64,000 bases of DNA from Bugula neritina (GCA_964035545.1 OZ037767.1:23080628-23144627); one strand, 5' to 3'. Counted from the stretch's first letter, positions 1-17,625 are shown. Made by a program: numbers and translations. The notes: a model not told the origin generated them from the letters alone.

Positions 1-2074
1 GAATATTATCATAAATTTCGCTCACAATCTAGTTTAAGTTCTTGCTATGTTAATGCTATGTGGGTGGCATGCGTGTTGCCTACTTGTGATTGTTTAGCCT
101 GAGATTGCACTATGAATAATAAGCAGCTGCCTGAATTAGAGCTATCAACATTCCATCTTTTCATCTCTACGTGTTCACTGAAGCGCGACGTGCTGTGCAT
201 TGGTGATTACTAAGGAAAAAATCTTTCATTTTCGATGTATAAAATCACTAACTTGTAGAAAATCTATGAAGGCTATTGAAAAGATTAAAAAAATTTGCCA
301 TGCATAAATTTCTCAGGTTTCCAACAGTGTTTGTTCTATTCGAATACCATGCTTTCCTGATGAGATATTTGGCAGGGATTGAAAAATAAATTTTTCAGGT
401 AAAATTGGCCAAAAATGGGTAGATTTTTGTCTATAACTTTGCAAAAAATATTGAAAACTCAAAAAAGCAGGTGCTCTGAGGAACAGGAAAATCTAAAACA
501 TGGTTTTTAAATTTTAATTCTAGCACAATTAAGTGAGGTTTTATTTGGCTGGACTGAATTCTTAAAATTATTATACCAATAATGTGTCCTCAGCAAGGCA
601 GTGACAGCTAGAAGATTGCCCTTATCTATCTTGTGTGGACTGCGGACTTGCATTTTTCCAATAAGCAATGGAATTTGGAAAAAACCAAAATGAAATTCAG
701 AAATAAAATCAAACTGTCTTCAAGAAACAGTACCAGGTGTGTAGGAGAGGCTAATGAAAACTTATCACTGAGGTCTACAGGTACTATATCCACATTTTGG
801 TCAAAAACCTAGTGTTATTGCATGTCAATTATCAATGCAATAAGGTTTTGCTAACTGTACACCACCATAAGTAACCTTTTATGTTTGATTGTACTAACAT
901 CAGGCTTTACATTTAATCGTCTTCTAGGTTAACACATATTAAACTTGTCAAATTTGTTCTTTTGGGGTATATTTCCTTAATGTATCTAGTGGAAGCTCAG
1001 GGGTTTTATTTTAAAACCAAGTTAACATACTTTTCTTGGGTGTGCTTTATTGTGTGTAAGGAGGTGTGGCGGTATCACCTTATGGATTAGACTAGTACAC
1101 TCTAATAAACTCCAAATAGGTTTTCAACCAATTTCTGCTTGCCAGTGAGTTATCAATTCAAATTGCTCTTTATAAGTAACCAACACACATTTTCTGATTA
1201 GCAATCTTCCTCTGTTCTGATCTATTATTCTTTTTCTTTGCACGGCAGTGTATTAGTTATTTAAAGTAATCAGGTTGCATTTGGAGAGCACTTGTTACCT
1301 GCCTCTATCCTTCCATCTTTTTGAGATATTCAGCAATTTTTCTGTACAGGTTGGACTTAGTGTCAGAATAAACCTAACTGCAGTTGAGTAAGACTACATT
1401 ACATTACATTACAGTCAACAGGTATGGGACAAGACTGAATATTTATATAGTTTGCAGCAATGCCCAGTCGTCATGTAGCTGGTATGGTATGAAAATAATA
1501 GCGAGGTGCACATTTCAACACAGATTTTTTCAGAAGAATTATAATTCACAATGGCTTTAGATTGCATAAATTTGTATTAGAACCCCTCTGAGGGCTTCGG
1601 CGACCGGGGCGCTGCCCCGGACCCTGCCGGGGGCCTGGGCGGCCCCCTTGACCCCCGGCCTGAGAGTATGGCCTAGAATATTTTTGCCACTACATCCCTG
1701 CATGTGTGAATGTTTCTATTATGGTAGTTGTCTCCCTAATCAGCTTTCTTACATAGGCAGTGCAGCCTGGGATAGGTCACATGATCAGCAAGTGTTGAAA
1801 AGTTTTCAGGCAGTGATCATATGCATGCATTGCACTTGATACTTTACTGGCTTAAGACTTCTTTTATTTGTGGTTGCTTTAAGCTTAACTTAAAAATTAA
1901 AAACATTTTAATTAAGTTTTACTTTATAATGTTCTACTGAACTATGTTTTACTAGGATACAGTTCAATGCACTGTAATGACTTATTATCGCTTGGAGTTC
2001 AGTGACATCTGCATAATATACTAAAAACTACGTTTGGTGATACAACATATCAGAATGTACTTGTGCACTTTTAG

Positions 2075-4877
2075 TCTGTAAGAAAGGACGTTATGGCCCA
2101 TCATGCAGTTCATACTGTGAGTGTGATAATGGAGCTGCGTGTGACTCGGTGACTGGGAAATGTGTGTGCACAGATGGCTACATTGGTGAGAGATGTAATG
2201 TGACATGCCCTCAAGGATATTATGGTAACTATGTTATATTATTACTAAATGGTTAAATGAATTATGTTTTTGTGTTGTATATATTATGTAGTTGAGCCTG
2301 TGCAAGTTTACCTCCATAACTGTAGTTACTATAGTTATTAGTCAATCACCAATAGTCATTTACAGTAGGTGCTGCTACAAAGACAGCAAGATGTATTTTA
2401 TTAAATAAAATTATTCAAAGTTATGTGTTACTGATAGATTATTTAGCTGTTTTCTAGAATTGTAACGGTTTGATGTTCACACACACGCTCATGAAAACCA
2501 AATAGTTGTACTTTGTATTCAACAGGCCACAGCTGTACTCAAGTGTGTGACTGCAAAATGGGGTCGTGTGACCCAGTAAATGGAGTTTGTGAATGTAAAG
2601 CTGGTTGGACAGGCACCAGATGTGATCGAGGTATGTAGTATATGTAAGAGTTGTGTACACCACAACGCTGTATCCAAAATGTCATCAACATAAAATATCT
2701 TGACTATGTTGCGGGTTGATATGATAAGCTTGAATTCCAATCTGCTGGTTTGTGTTTACTTTGGGAATAACTCTGTCACTCTACAGAGAAATGGCAAAGT
2801 TGTATTATACAATGAGTATCATGCATACAGTGCATTCACCATACTATGACAGGAGTAATGCCCCTCCAGCCGCAATGCTTTCAACATTTGCAACACACAG
2901 TCAATCTGACTGGTCTTGAGGGGATGTTTTTATATGATATAGTGCTCTGATTAGAAAAGCAGTGTTCACACAATACACTCAGAAATGGTCATTTTGTAGG
3001 ATTATTTATTCAAAGTAGCTCCCTTCGATTTAGGCAAATCGATGTCATTAGTTGAACTTGTTAATCAATTTTTGTTGATGCAGTTCAAACTTTCCATGGC
3101 AGTAGTAACATCACTGCAGCGTTTGAAAGTACAATTACTTATTGGTATTATGGTTTATGATAATTTAGGTTGTGCTACGTTTCTCTTGCAGCCTGTCTTG
3201 AAGGCGCGTATGGTAAAAACTGTTCTAGTAATTGTACCTGTGCCAATGGAGCGTACTGTGACCCAGTAGACGGAAGTTGTAGCTGTGGTCCTGGTTGGAC
3301 AGGAGAAAGTTGTGACGTAGAGTGCCCACCTGGCACGTATGGTAACAACTGCTCTCTAACATGTCTGTGTCGAAATGGAGCCACTTGTGACAGATTTGAT
3401 GGGTGCTGTCAATGTACTTCTGGTTGGACAGGACAAAACTGTGATATGGGTAGGTTGTTGTATAGCAAGCATTGGCTGGTCAGTATGAGCCGATGTGTTA
3501 CTTATATTGTGTTTTACTAGTTGGCAAACCATGCAGTATAAACCATTATTAATACTAACTGTTAGCCATTACAATCACCACCATGATAAAAATATTTCAA
3601 TATATTTTATTTACGAGTGTGTAGTTTATTCTAGTGTTTATATCACTTGGATCATTAGGTCTGAAAAATATAGGTACTCAGTTTATTGAGAAATACTCAG
3701 TCTATTGAGAGGTACTCAGTCTATTAAAAGGTACTCAGTCTATTAGGATGTTTATATGCTCTGTATTTCAGAGTGTCCAACTGGGTTCTACGGAGAGAAA
3801 TGTCTGCGTCATTGTGATTGCATGAATGATGCTGTATGTGACAGTAGAAACGGACAATGCATCTGCAAGCCTGGTTACATGGGTGACCGCTGTGAAACTG
3901 GTGAGTATATTATATGGTATTGCTTGCTAGTCACTCATAGCATGTTGTAGAAGGTGTGAACTAAATGGTATGTAAATGTTATCATTATGTGATGTAATAG
4001 TATTCTTGCATCAGTTATTTTGTGAAGCTCCCGCAAATTAACATGTCAAATAAATGAGATTACAACAGAGTTATTTCTCCATCAGTTTGATGGCCACTCA
4101 TGAAAAAATGATTAACCCAATATAAACTCACTTGATTGCCAATTATTGTATTGAATTGCAGCAATGAAGTTTGAATTTTTTCAATAACAATTCCATCCAC
4201 TAATTGTTGTTACCGGTCGATTTATTTTATTAAAGCTAATGTTTGTTTTGGCAAAAGAATTGTTTGAAAGTTTAATAAAAACTTTATGTATTTAAGTTAA
4301 AAACTTTATGAAATAAAAATTATCAAAAATTAGCAAAATTACCATTTGCAACTAAATAGAAAGTAATAATATTCAAAATCTGTGTATAAATTAACCCTAA
4401 AGCAATAACATTAAAAAATGCAATGCTATGATATGTTTCTATCTGTTACAGAGTGCTATGATGGTCAATACGGTTACATGTGTAACATGCCATGTTTCTG
4501 TGCTGAGGGAATCAAATGTGACCACCTTACAGGACGTTGTCTTTGTCCACCCGGCCTTACTGGAGAAAAATGTGATGAAGGTACTGAGTCTAAATATTTA
4601 AGTGAGGAAGCAAAACTGCGTGTAGTAACTGTCGCAGTAGCAGAATACAAATTAATATTCTATTTGCCTTCATGTAGCTTGCGAGGAGGGAAAGTTTGGG
4701 CTGGACTGTCAGTTCACTTGCAAGTGTGAAAATGGAGCTGATTGTGACAATATTACAGGGGAGTGCTTGTGTACAGAAAGCTGGCTTGGTCCCACCTGCT
4801 CATTGTCACCGGGTTAGTAATGCTCACCTCACTCTAAATTATACACTTTTTACACAGCGTTCAAACAGGAGCTCTAG
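2075..4877 (+). CDS. 3' portion of a multiple-EGF-like-domain protein (MEGF6/MEGF10-type laminin-EGF-like repeats), isoform ending ...SPAFKQEL*; 5' part not found in the window
   Basis: Phase-1 GT-AG exons 2075-2224, 2526-2630, 3192-3449, 3772-3900, 4452-4580, 4678-4812 and last exon 4858-4877. They encode tandem 8-Cys repeats (e.g. [40 protein letters not shown]). No TM segment is seen before the stop, which fits MEGF6 better than MEGF10/11. AATAAA at 5055. Confidence 0.85.
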
Positions 4878-6207
4878 TTTGAACACTGGATATACATAGT
4901 GTAGATCCAACTAGATGCAAAAGAAACAAAACCCAGTGACCATGGAGATAGGAGATGGCTGTACTTCATATTCTGCATGCAGTGTTCACATAACAGCAAC
5001 AGTTTGGCTTTATATTTTAGTATAGACATATTGGTATATTGATAGAACTTGGTTAATAAATAAAAATTAATTAGCAGCATCATTCTTGGTAAATCTTTTT
5101 GTAGCTGTAAACTCTGCTACTCCAAACCTTTGTTGAATATGTAAAAATTGGCTAATATAGATATAAGATGTGTAGTTTCTGTCATGAAAGGGTGCCAATT
5201 GTTGTTTAACTTTCAAAAGAAATACAAATTATGTGAGAAGCATAAACATAAACAATAAGAATCTAGTTTGGCCAATGTATAATACTCGCTTGTCTTTCTC
5301 AAATAACCCTCACACTCAAAGGTATCATGCTTCTAAGTTGCATTTCTGCTATTGAGGAAATTTGACACCTCATTAAATATTCACACACCTGTTGATTTGC
5401 TGTCTTGAGTTTTTTTTTAATGAGCCAAGCTGTCACCCAACATGGAGTTGTCCAGCACTGCAAACATTCACTTGTTTAAAATATAACAAGACTAAAACAG
5501 GAAAGAAATTTTGGATATGTACATATGCTAATATGTGTATGCATATAAATTATCTTTTTGCTAGCACTCTTTACTATAAGAACTATATCAAGTTGCCCAG
5601 TGTATATAATACAGTGAGTGCATATAGTGCCATGAAAATGATTTGATATTATCTCTCTAGTTGATCATACTCATCACTCTGATTATATTATGATGGTGCA
5701 AGATGAGGTAAACATTACTATATTCCCCTTGCCTATAAACAGCATGTTTACCTGTACCATTCACACCTTGCATATTACGTACCCAAAACTTGTGGTATTT
5801 ACCTTTTCTTCAGTTTTATGCAAATAATTATTCAAAAACCATTTAATTTGTTTTTTATTATGATTTATTGAGAAGAGAAAACATTTCTGCCAGAGGTGCT
5901 TAAAGAAATTGTCTCATGAGAAAAGTGTGTTGCACTAAGGACATGCATTTTTGAGAAGTTGTATCCCCTGATACATTTGCATTGCCCAGTTAGCATGTGT
6001 TTATTTTCTTTTATACCTCACAGTTATTGCGGTTAAGCTGATTAGCATTCATGTTAACATTGCTTGTCAATTCAAATACCACCATTATGATAAATTCTAA
6101 TCCTACTACCATTCATGTAGATTTTTTTTTCATTTATATTTAAAAGCATACTTGCTATTCTAATCACAATGAACGGCTATAAATTATGTAATCAACCTGT
6201 TGAACAG

Positions 6208-6317
6208 GGAGTGGAGAAGATGTTGATGGAAGCACAGGAGGAACTGATGGCATCTGGAACCCCTCCCGAGGAGATCTCCCGGACAGTGTTGAACCACTTG
6301 TTACACCGAGAGGCTGA
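6208..6317 (+). CDS. Candidate alternative last exon of the multi-EGF gene (GSGEDVDGSTGGTDGIWNPSRGDLPDSVEPLVTPRG*)
   Basis: Acceptor tgaacag|gg is phase 1, matching the donor at 4812/4813. 35 open codons follow, in GC-richer sequence than the flanks, then TGA at 6315-6317. Confidence 0.6.
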
Positions 6318-8449
6318 TCAAACTTGAATCTGTATTTCCACTTAGCCGAACACTTTGCTATATCCATCCTCATACAGAAAGTGTGGCACAAACTGTAGGA
6401 CAACATATGGAGTTGTTCTCTTACTGTACACACAATTATAATACTCTCCTTGCATCACCTCAAGAGACACTCATTTCAGTATATAGACTAGACACATTAA
6501 GTTGGGTATTTGTGCAAATTATGTATCCGAACATAGAAACGTCAGCTCTACATCTATTAGTAGTTACGGCTGCTGCCATATAATACATAACTCTACACTC
6601 CTTTCAGTTACGTCTCTTTTTGAAGGAACTTCTTATTCGTATTTGGTATCACTGTCATAGTTTCGTGTGTAGATATAAACGTTATTGTTGCCATGGTTTT
6701 GTTAGAAGTAAACAATACAATGGCTAAAAATATGTAGTGCATTTGCTGCAGCCCAGGACAAACATTATATTTACATAATAGAGACACAATATTTATTCAC
6801 TTTTTTCATATATCCTCGCAATTGTTGCTTTGGAATATAGGGTATCGCAGCAGTATTGTGGATTTTATAATTCTGCACCAATGGCTTCAGTGTATCACAC
6901 TTTATGAATTTTAAAAAAAAATGGTTTTTCATATTTTGGATTATTTCAGTTTTAAGTAACTTTGTATTGTGTCATTCAGGCTTTTTAGAAACTTATTCCA
7001 TGTAACTTTTTATAGTGTTTACTTTCTGTTTTATCATAGACTGTGCTTCAATAAGTTATTATTACATTATTGCTGTAGTTGAGGACTGATTAATTTCGGG
7101 AATACAAGTAATTTATGCGTATCAATGGGTCACAAGTTACTAGAAATGATGTACACGTATTTGTTACTATAGCAGACAACATAGCTAGTTGTGTTGTATA
7201 TTTGAATGTTCACACATACACTTCATGTACATGCACACCTTTTCTATTTCATTTAATATTTTAATTTTTATCTAGTTAAAATCATGTTAATATTTTTTAT
7301 ATTTTGAAGTTTATTAGTTGTACATGAAAATATGAAGTATAGTACATAATAAATTTAAGCTCATTGTTGTAAGCTTCAGACCTATTGAAATATTATAAAT
7401 TTTTTAAAATACAATAAGCTGAAAGTGTCAAAGGCAGTTCTATAAACAATACCTAATTGCTTGCTTTAAATTATACCTAAATTTGACATTGCTAAATGAA
7501 ACTTGCATAACGAGTTAGTTGGTTATTATAGCTTAGCTATAAAGAAGTTTTTTCAAACTTGTTGAAGTATTTTATTTTGTTTGCTTTACAGCAAAATTTA
7601 AGCTAAAGTTGCTTTGATCAGTGGAGATAAATTTGCTCACAGGTTATGGTGAAATATGCAAAGCATTTTGCAAACAACTAGCTGTAGTTAATTTTTTTTA
7701 TTCAATATGATTATTTACATGCATAGGCATACATATTATATAGTGTATGTGGCATGAGTGTGTGTTGCTACTTAATATAAAGGTGATGCAATTACGTTAA
7801 AAATGGTAAAAATTATTTGCTGACTTAAGTTTCAAATTTACTGAGTATGTCTACAAGCTAAAGTTTATTCAAGATCACTAGCAATTTTTAGTTGCAGTAA
7901 AAGAAATATCTAAATTTTATTTACTGAAAAATGTAAGTATTGCGTAACCACACTGGGCTATAAAATCTATAAAGCATCCTACCATCACTTTAAAAATAGT
8001 GAAGAAAGTTTTAAACCACATGCACAGAATCAAATTTTATGTTATTTTTTTAAATCATTACATTCTTCAAAGTATATAGTTGCAAAACTAAAAAGATTAA
8101 GACTGTGTACCAATCGATATTTTCCTAATATCATGAATTATTTATATAAAATTCAAACTGCTAGTTATGGTACATCAAGCATCTTCTAAACATGCAAGTA
8201 TTCTTACACTTCTTATAGGCCACGGCTGCTTGATTGGGAACAAAATAGGTAATAGTTAGAACCTGGTATAAACTTTCTAGTAGAAGTAGATTGTGATGTG
8301 TACATTGACCTTTATCCTATATTACGTATATATGTCTATGTTCATTATGTAAATATTCAACTGATATATTTTGGAGTGCCATCACAAGAATGTCACATTA
8401 GACTTTAATCATCCAAAGACTCTAACATTAAACACTCCCGAAGTTAATC

Positions 8450-11107
8450 ATGTTAGCCAAAGCTTTTTGCTTGCTGTTAGTAATAGAAGTAGCATCAGCT
8501 CTTGCTGTTCCTGCTATTCCTAAAGTAAGAAAATGTTTTCCTTTACAATATGAGAGTGCAGTTTACGGTAAACTTGCTGAGATAGTGGATGGCAAAGGAA
8601 TTGTAGGAGAGATATATGCGACTACATCAGTTGACAACTACGAACATCGGGCTGCCTTAAGAGAGTCAGTGTTCAGAGATGGAAAGTTTCAAGGGAACTA
8701 CACTTTACTTTTCACAAATGTATGTACATAGCCACAACTTTAGTATAAATTGTTGGTTATGGGACTTCAGAAGTTTTAATTGTGCTTCAGTTACTGTAAT
8801 CTTAATCACTGGTCAATTTTGTAACCAATTCGAATCCATAAAACTTACTCTATTTGAGTAACATTTCATCAGCAAATTAGCACTAAAAACCCCCTATTCA
8901 CACTTTGCCATATATACTCCGTAACAGTCATTTTTGTTAACATCCGGGCTGAATCTTAAGAGCATAGGAAAGCATTAAAATCTTTGTTAAGGTATTGTGT
9001 TTACAGTGTAAACGGTTTTCCACGTTACATAATTTGATATCTATTCTAAACTAAGATTTTGTTCAAAGTATTAAAACTTTGAAGCTCTTGATAATTATAT
9101 GATTATGAGAAACTGAATTTTGAAAATGATACATTATAAACAATTTTATTTTTGCAATTGCTATGCATTATGATTATATAAAGAAAATATCTACAGTCAT
9201 TCTATATGTTTTGAACACCTTCTCCATGGTACTTGTATTGGCATTTTAAATACATTTTTAATAGACTTTTCAACTTTAATTTCAGCACATTGCAGCTCAA
9301 ACTGTTGGCAGTAAACAGAGAGGATAAAATCAGTTATGATTTTAGGGGCTTTTTTGTAGTAAACTTTTAATCAATCTTGAATATTTTCAACATTTCAATC
9401 AGTTATGTACAAATCTCAATACAAACTGTTACATAACAAATATTGGACCATACATATGGCTACTAATAGACAAAACCAACATAATTAGTGCCGATAAGAG
9501 TTATGTTTCTAGAGGACATGATGCAAAAATCTATGCATGGAAGTTTAGTCACAGAGTCATACTTGGTGCTATGATGTTTTATAGGGGAATGGCTACATCA
9601 TTGACACTATTAAGCAGACCTGTGCCAAGAGTCAACCGTTGCCAATAACACAACTTTGTTCAGACTCCGGTAAATTTGGTTACCTCTGCAGTATCTTATC
9701 TTTCTAGTTATCTTTCTAAGTAGTCTGTTATATAGTTTTGTATTAAGCCATTTGCTACTATGGTCTTATATTTACTTCAATGTTAGGTTGGCCTATCAAT
9801 CTACAAAGATGTGCAGTAAGCCTATACATCACTACTGTGGTAGATCATTTTGATATGAAAGAAGTTCTTAGATAACCTGCAAAATTTGCTAACTTATTGC
9901 ATGGCCACTGGTATATTGCACAACAACTGTAACACTACTTAATTTCTATAGAGGTAGATGTGTTCTATAGATAAGAAATGTAGCACAGGAAGCTCAACCT
10001 AAGCCTCAAACCAAAATGTATCAAAAAATAACCCAATATAGGCTATTAAAATTCTTTGGTTACTGCACTTATTAAATGGATTTGTGTGGGAGAAGCACTG
10101 TTTGCAAAATGCCTCTAAATATTGAAAAAAAAACTTCTAAACTCTTTTAGTTAACAACTCACTAATTTGAACTATTTGATCTGATGATATTTTTTTAAAT
10201 AATAACTTAACTTGGCAGCTTTGTTATTAGAATTTTTCACTCTAAACGCAATATGAGTTGTTAGGCTAAACTCTAAAGAGTTTTCACTTCTTTGCTCCAC
10301 GTAATTGGAGCTGATCACAAATTGTATGTAGCAAGCCTTAGCATGACTTCTAACCAACAACCACCAGCTATCTGTACGTGACTGACATTCACAACTGTCT
10401 AGAGGTTGTGCCCAGAGCTATACGTGCTGCTACAGCATGTTGCGTTATCACTTTGTGGTATTGAATTTGTACTCAATCTTTGAGAGTGTGCAAGCATATT
10501 GTATGTCCCTTCTAGTGCACTTAACTCATAAGACTTGGCATTTTTTTGCCCAAATTACAGGATCCATTATGTAACGATATGTGTACTACGTTCAAATTTA
10601 AATGCACTTGTGTTTATAAGGCAACATTATAGTAAACTCACTGCTAGTCCCCAAAATTCGGTATTTATCATTTTTAAAGTAGACCTGCAGTTACTATATA
10701 AAGAGCTGGATAATAGCACTGTTGTGTTGTAGAGTCTCTAACTCACCTCTTCTCCTGGAATGTTGGAGAACAGATAACCGATACTTACAGACTCACAAGG
10801 AAAAATCAAGTTTCTGTGATAACTGTCTTGAGAGACAGGTTTACTCTGGTATCTGAACTTGTTGAACAAACATATGATGGTTGTAAGTATATTTCTTTAT
10901 ATTGTGTCAGTACTACTACTATATGTGCACTTGTATGCTGTGATGGAAGGATATGCTAGAACCTTTTTCTACAACCAACCACATTCAATAAACGGTCTTT
11001 TTATATTTTTTATATTTTCAGACCCCCAAATGGTTGCATTCCAGTATGGAAATATAACCAATGGTATACGAGATGAGAGTGTGTTTGATGTACCCAGCTT
11101 CTGTTAG
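8450..11107 (+). CDS. Ependymin-related protein (EPDR family), paralog 1, secreted, ~196 aa
   Basis: Exons 8450-8719, 9585-9669, 10733-10882, 11022-11107 (591 nt, in frame). Signal peptide MLAKAFCLLLVIEVASA, N-terminal KCFPLQYES, internal QTC/QLC, and C-terminal YGNITNGIRDESVFDVPSFC* typical of ependymin-related proteins. AATAAA at 11168. Confidence 0.85.
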
Positions 11108-12772
11108 ACTAGGATATGAAAGTCACACTCCTGTCATACTTTATGAACTTGATCGATATTAATTTCGAATAAAATTTAATTTCTGTACTGATTTTCCTTT
11201 CAGCAGCAAACTGAACCTATCTTTTGAAAAGATAAACTTGCAATAGTTGTATTTTAGTTGCGTGTTCATCACCTTTGTAAAATGTTGAATAAATTTAATA
11301 ATCGTCCTCTCTTGTTTTAATCCAAATGAGATACTTCGTTGTTAATTAAGTTCTACTGTCTGCATACAAGTTATACTAAACTTATATGGAAGACTTCTAA
11401 GTAAAGTTTTTATTAACTAATTTGACATAATTTTGATGCAAGAGAAGTGTGAAAAACAAAACAAGCAAACTCAAACACCCGACCACAATAAGTAGAATGC
11501 TAAAGTTTCTCTTCTTTTCATAGCAATCACATATAGGCTTCAATATCTATACATATGTTTTAGTACTTTACACTATGGCTTGATCACTCGGGATGTTCTA
11601 ATGCTTACATCTGGGATTTTTTGCATACATGTCTTGTCATACAGAGAGATCTGACTGACCATAGCAACAAAGAATTACACTGCCAGTTTGTAAGCATGTG
11701 CTGCCAATGTGCTGCTGAAGTCCTACAATGACATCTAATAGTTCTGCCAATCTTTAAGTGTTCGGCCTCCCCAGATAAATTTTGCTGATCTGGGGTTTTG
11801 AGTGAAGCTATTAATTTTTAGGTTAGAAATGATGCTTCTTAAAGTTATTTTAATGTTTCATGTGACAGATACATGGCTATTTTCTAGAAAGCCGTATGTA
11901 AACATGGCAATGTTTTATTTATGTTGAGTTTGTTGAGTATTTTTGTTTATGTGAAGTTCATTCAATTATCTAGTAATAAAAGTACCAAAACACAAAAGTT
12001 CAAATTGCGCAATGCTAAGTTTTAAGCATGTTGGCTTTGTTTAGAGTACAGTGCAAATTGCAAAACCATGTGAACTTGCTGTATGGCCTACTGCTACATA
12101 TGCGTTCAATTTTCAAGATAATCATTTTTTTATTAATCTGTTGATTGAATTTTCATAATGTGTCCTTAGAGAATACTGGTTACAGTAGCTGAAAACTATA
12201 CCACAAAAATATGTTTTTGATTCTATGTTTGTTTTCCATGTTTGTTTACAGCCTGCATGAAATATAATAAGTTCAGTTCACACTATAACAGACAGTCTAC
12301 ATCCATAATTTCTTTATGAATCAAATTATAGACAGTAACTTTTGTGTCACTACCAAAAAGTAGTCTGTGAACAAATATGTAATAAAATATACAGCAAAAT
12401 TAAAATAGTGAATTGCTAGATTTTCTTTTTTAGTAAAGTCAGCATATGGAAGACTGCAATTTGGCAATAGGGCTTCTTCTAGTTTGCATGTACCACTCTA
12501 GTGTTCCCAAGTTAACCCTCACCTCTTAATCACAAACTGCTGTTTATGTATTGGCTAAAACTTGATATGTTTATACGATCTCTACCTGGCAGACCTCATA
12601 ACATAAAAGATACAGATGATATTTTATAACACAAGGGTGTTATTTGTAAATAAAATGTTAAGCAATAGTTCTAAATTACTTATAAGCTGCAGCTGATCAC
12701 AAAAGTGACAGAAAATGGCATAGCCTATAGTGAATTGATGAATAGTCGGTTAATTCCAGTGTTGAAACTGCA

Positions 12773-12813
<41 letters not shown>

Positions 12814-14034
12814 CTATGTATATATAGTTCTATGTATATATGTTTGTAAAACAAGTAAAGAGAAGCTGGCAGCTATACAGGCAAAAAATACTCAAGCCTG
12901 GTTGAAATGCCTTTCTCTAATACAGTTTTCCCATAGCAGTAGTTTGTTGCAGAGAGAATTCTGATAATAAGTAATGAGTAAGTTAGAGAGTGGGTACCCA
13001 CGCTATGTTTCTTCACATGGAATTTATTAGACATTATTGAAAAACTTACCAGTGTTTGTGTAGAGCAAAAACTTTGAAAGTAAGTTTTTAATTTTTGTGA
13101 GTAACAGCTTTATTAAAGGCATACCATTTTATACAATATACTGTGAATGAAATTTAAGGCCACTGACTCAGTTCAAAGTGATATTACTCATGAGTTAATT
13201 TGTTACAATTCATTGTGTGGGTGGTAGATGATAAGGACATTCTCTTAGATATAGTTTTTAGTTTGGGTTTACAATGCGATGGCCTTATTTTACTGTTAGT
13301 CACACTGACCTGGGAAAATAGTTTATTGATATTCAGCTGCTCATGCAATACACTTCACCCAGAACTATTCATCTGCTCCACCCTCAGCTTGATGACAATC
13401 TCAGCAGGTGGTTATGGCGCCAGCTAAGGTCACATGTCATACTGAACATAGCAATTTTATATATGTAAATGTGTTTATTGTGGATCAAAGGCTAACTTAA
13501 TTGGCTTTTCTCACCAACATATTAAACAGACAAATTGCTTCTCCAAGCATTGCCATGGAATACATTATAATAAATCAGGTTAAATATTCGCAGTGATTTT
13601 GGGAAGCAAAACCAGATGTGCAACTGCTTTCCTGAGAACCTTTATCTGCAAAACTGGTGTAAACAAACCTGTTATATCTGTAACTAAAACAGAGATTCTT
13701 TCAGAGTTAGTTATTTATAGTTATTCCTTGCAGCAACTTTTTATTTTGTCTAGAAAACAGTCTGAAAAAAATTAATATGAAAGTTGCACATTTCTTTATG
13801 CTAAAGGTATTTTATTTCATCATATATTTTAAATAGCTCACTGTAACAACATCCACAAGCAACATGTTGCATTTGAGTATGGTTCACAAGGTTTAGAATG
13901 CTGAAAGACACATCCTGAAAAGTTACAATAATGGCAAAGACTAGATCAGTGATGTAAGAAGGGTGTAACTAGATTTCGAAGTTAAAGCAGCATATTGTGT
14001 CAAAGGGTGTCAATTGAATGCATAAGGCATCATG

Positions 14035-14175
14035 CACTGCGTTTCCATGACTGCGCATAATGCGAATGAATGCCCCGTACGGATTATTTGCGGTTTGCGG
14101 TTTCATTCGATGTAACTGTTTCCATTAGCCGAATGAAAAAATCCATTCGCATAATGCGATAATGGAAACGCAGTG
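14035..14175. mobile_element. Small MITE-like element (141 bp) with perfect 14-bp terminal inverted repeats
   Basis: cactgcgtttccat (14035-14048) is the exact reverse complement of atggaaacgcagtg (14162-14175). Internal actgtttcca...gaatgaaaaa(a)tccattcgcataat recurs at ~26771-26810. No clear TSD. Confidence 0.65.
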
Positions 14176-14422
14176 AAACAGACCATTGGGGATCCTTTTA
14201 TGTGAGGCTATTAGCATATTGCATCATAATGATGCAACTGATATGGCCCTTAAACTAGCTTATTACAGTTCAATGTTTTAGCCATCAAAAAAGGTTAAAA
14301 GTCATATTACGCTGGTTGGATGGAGAGTGTCACGTGATACTGGCAGCTGCAATAACCAATGAAATCGCAACCTGAATCAACCCTTCGGGTAATAGCACGG
14401 CAATGCCATCATATAAATGTGT

Positions 14423-16106
<1,684 letters not shown>

Positions 16107-16724
16107 ACTACAATAATATGAATGGTCACATCATCAACATTTCAGCACTGATCAGCTAACTGCACCAAATACAATACTCATTAAACTGTATATATATTTT
16201 TAGAGTTGTATTCTTACCAGCTCAATAGCCCGAGAGGATTGTTATCCAACATAATGTACATCAGTTTCACTACCACACATTACCAAAGAATGTTAATATA
16301 GGAGTCATATTGTAATATATATCCATGTCATGGTACTTTATAACTTTATTTTGATGATCCAAATTTTCTTTGTTAGACTACTGCAGGTTGCATTATAAAC
16401 CTTAGCATTAGCAGAAGGCAGATTGCCCTTTTTCCATTATATATTGTTTATATCCTGAGTATAATGTCTCAAATATACTCTCTCTTTTGGCTCTCATACC
16501 GACTCTAAACAGTTTAATAAATAAAGCAAGTGTACAAGCTGCTACCAAACTTTCATTATTGCATAGTCTTTCCAAATTTTATAGTTATTAGAACTACTTC
16601 TTTAACAATTAGTCTAGACTCTAGACTCTAGCATCTGCTGCTTTGTAGCAGTGCTGCTTACTATGTTATTCTTCACTTTACACATCTGTGTTTCCTTTTC
16701 AAGATTTATGTATATTTAGCTGTA

Positions 16725-17625
<901 letters not shown>

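Noticed and set aside
1-565. End of a TTAA-type DNA transposon
   Set aside because: The texture is suggestive and it ends in ttaa, but the partner terminus is not in the window.
13200-13260. Missing 5' half of EPDR paralog 2 exon 1 (VVDDKDILLDI versus IVDGKGIVGEI)
   Set aside because: The similarity is short and weak, with no signal peptide or KCFP motif upstream. Probably chance.
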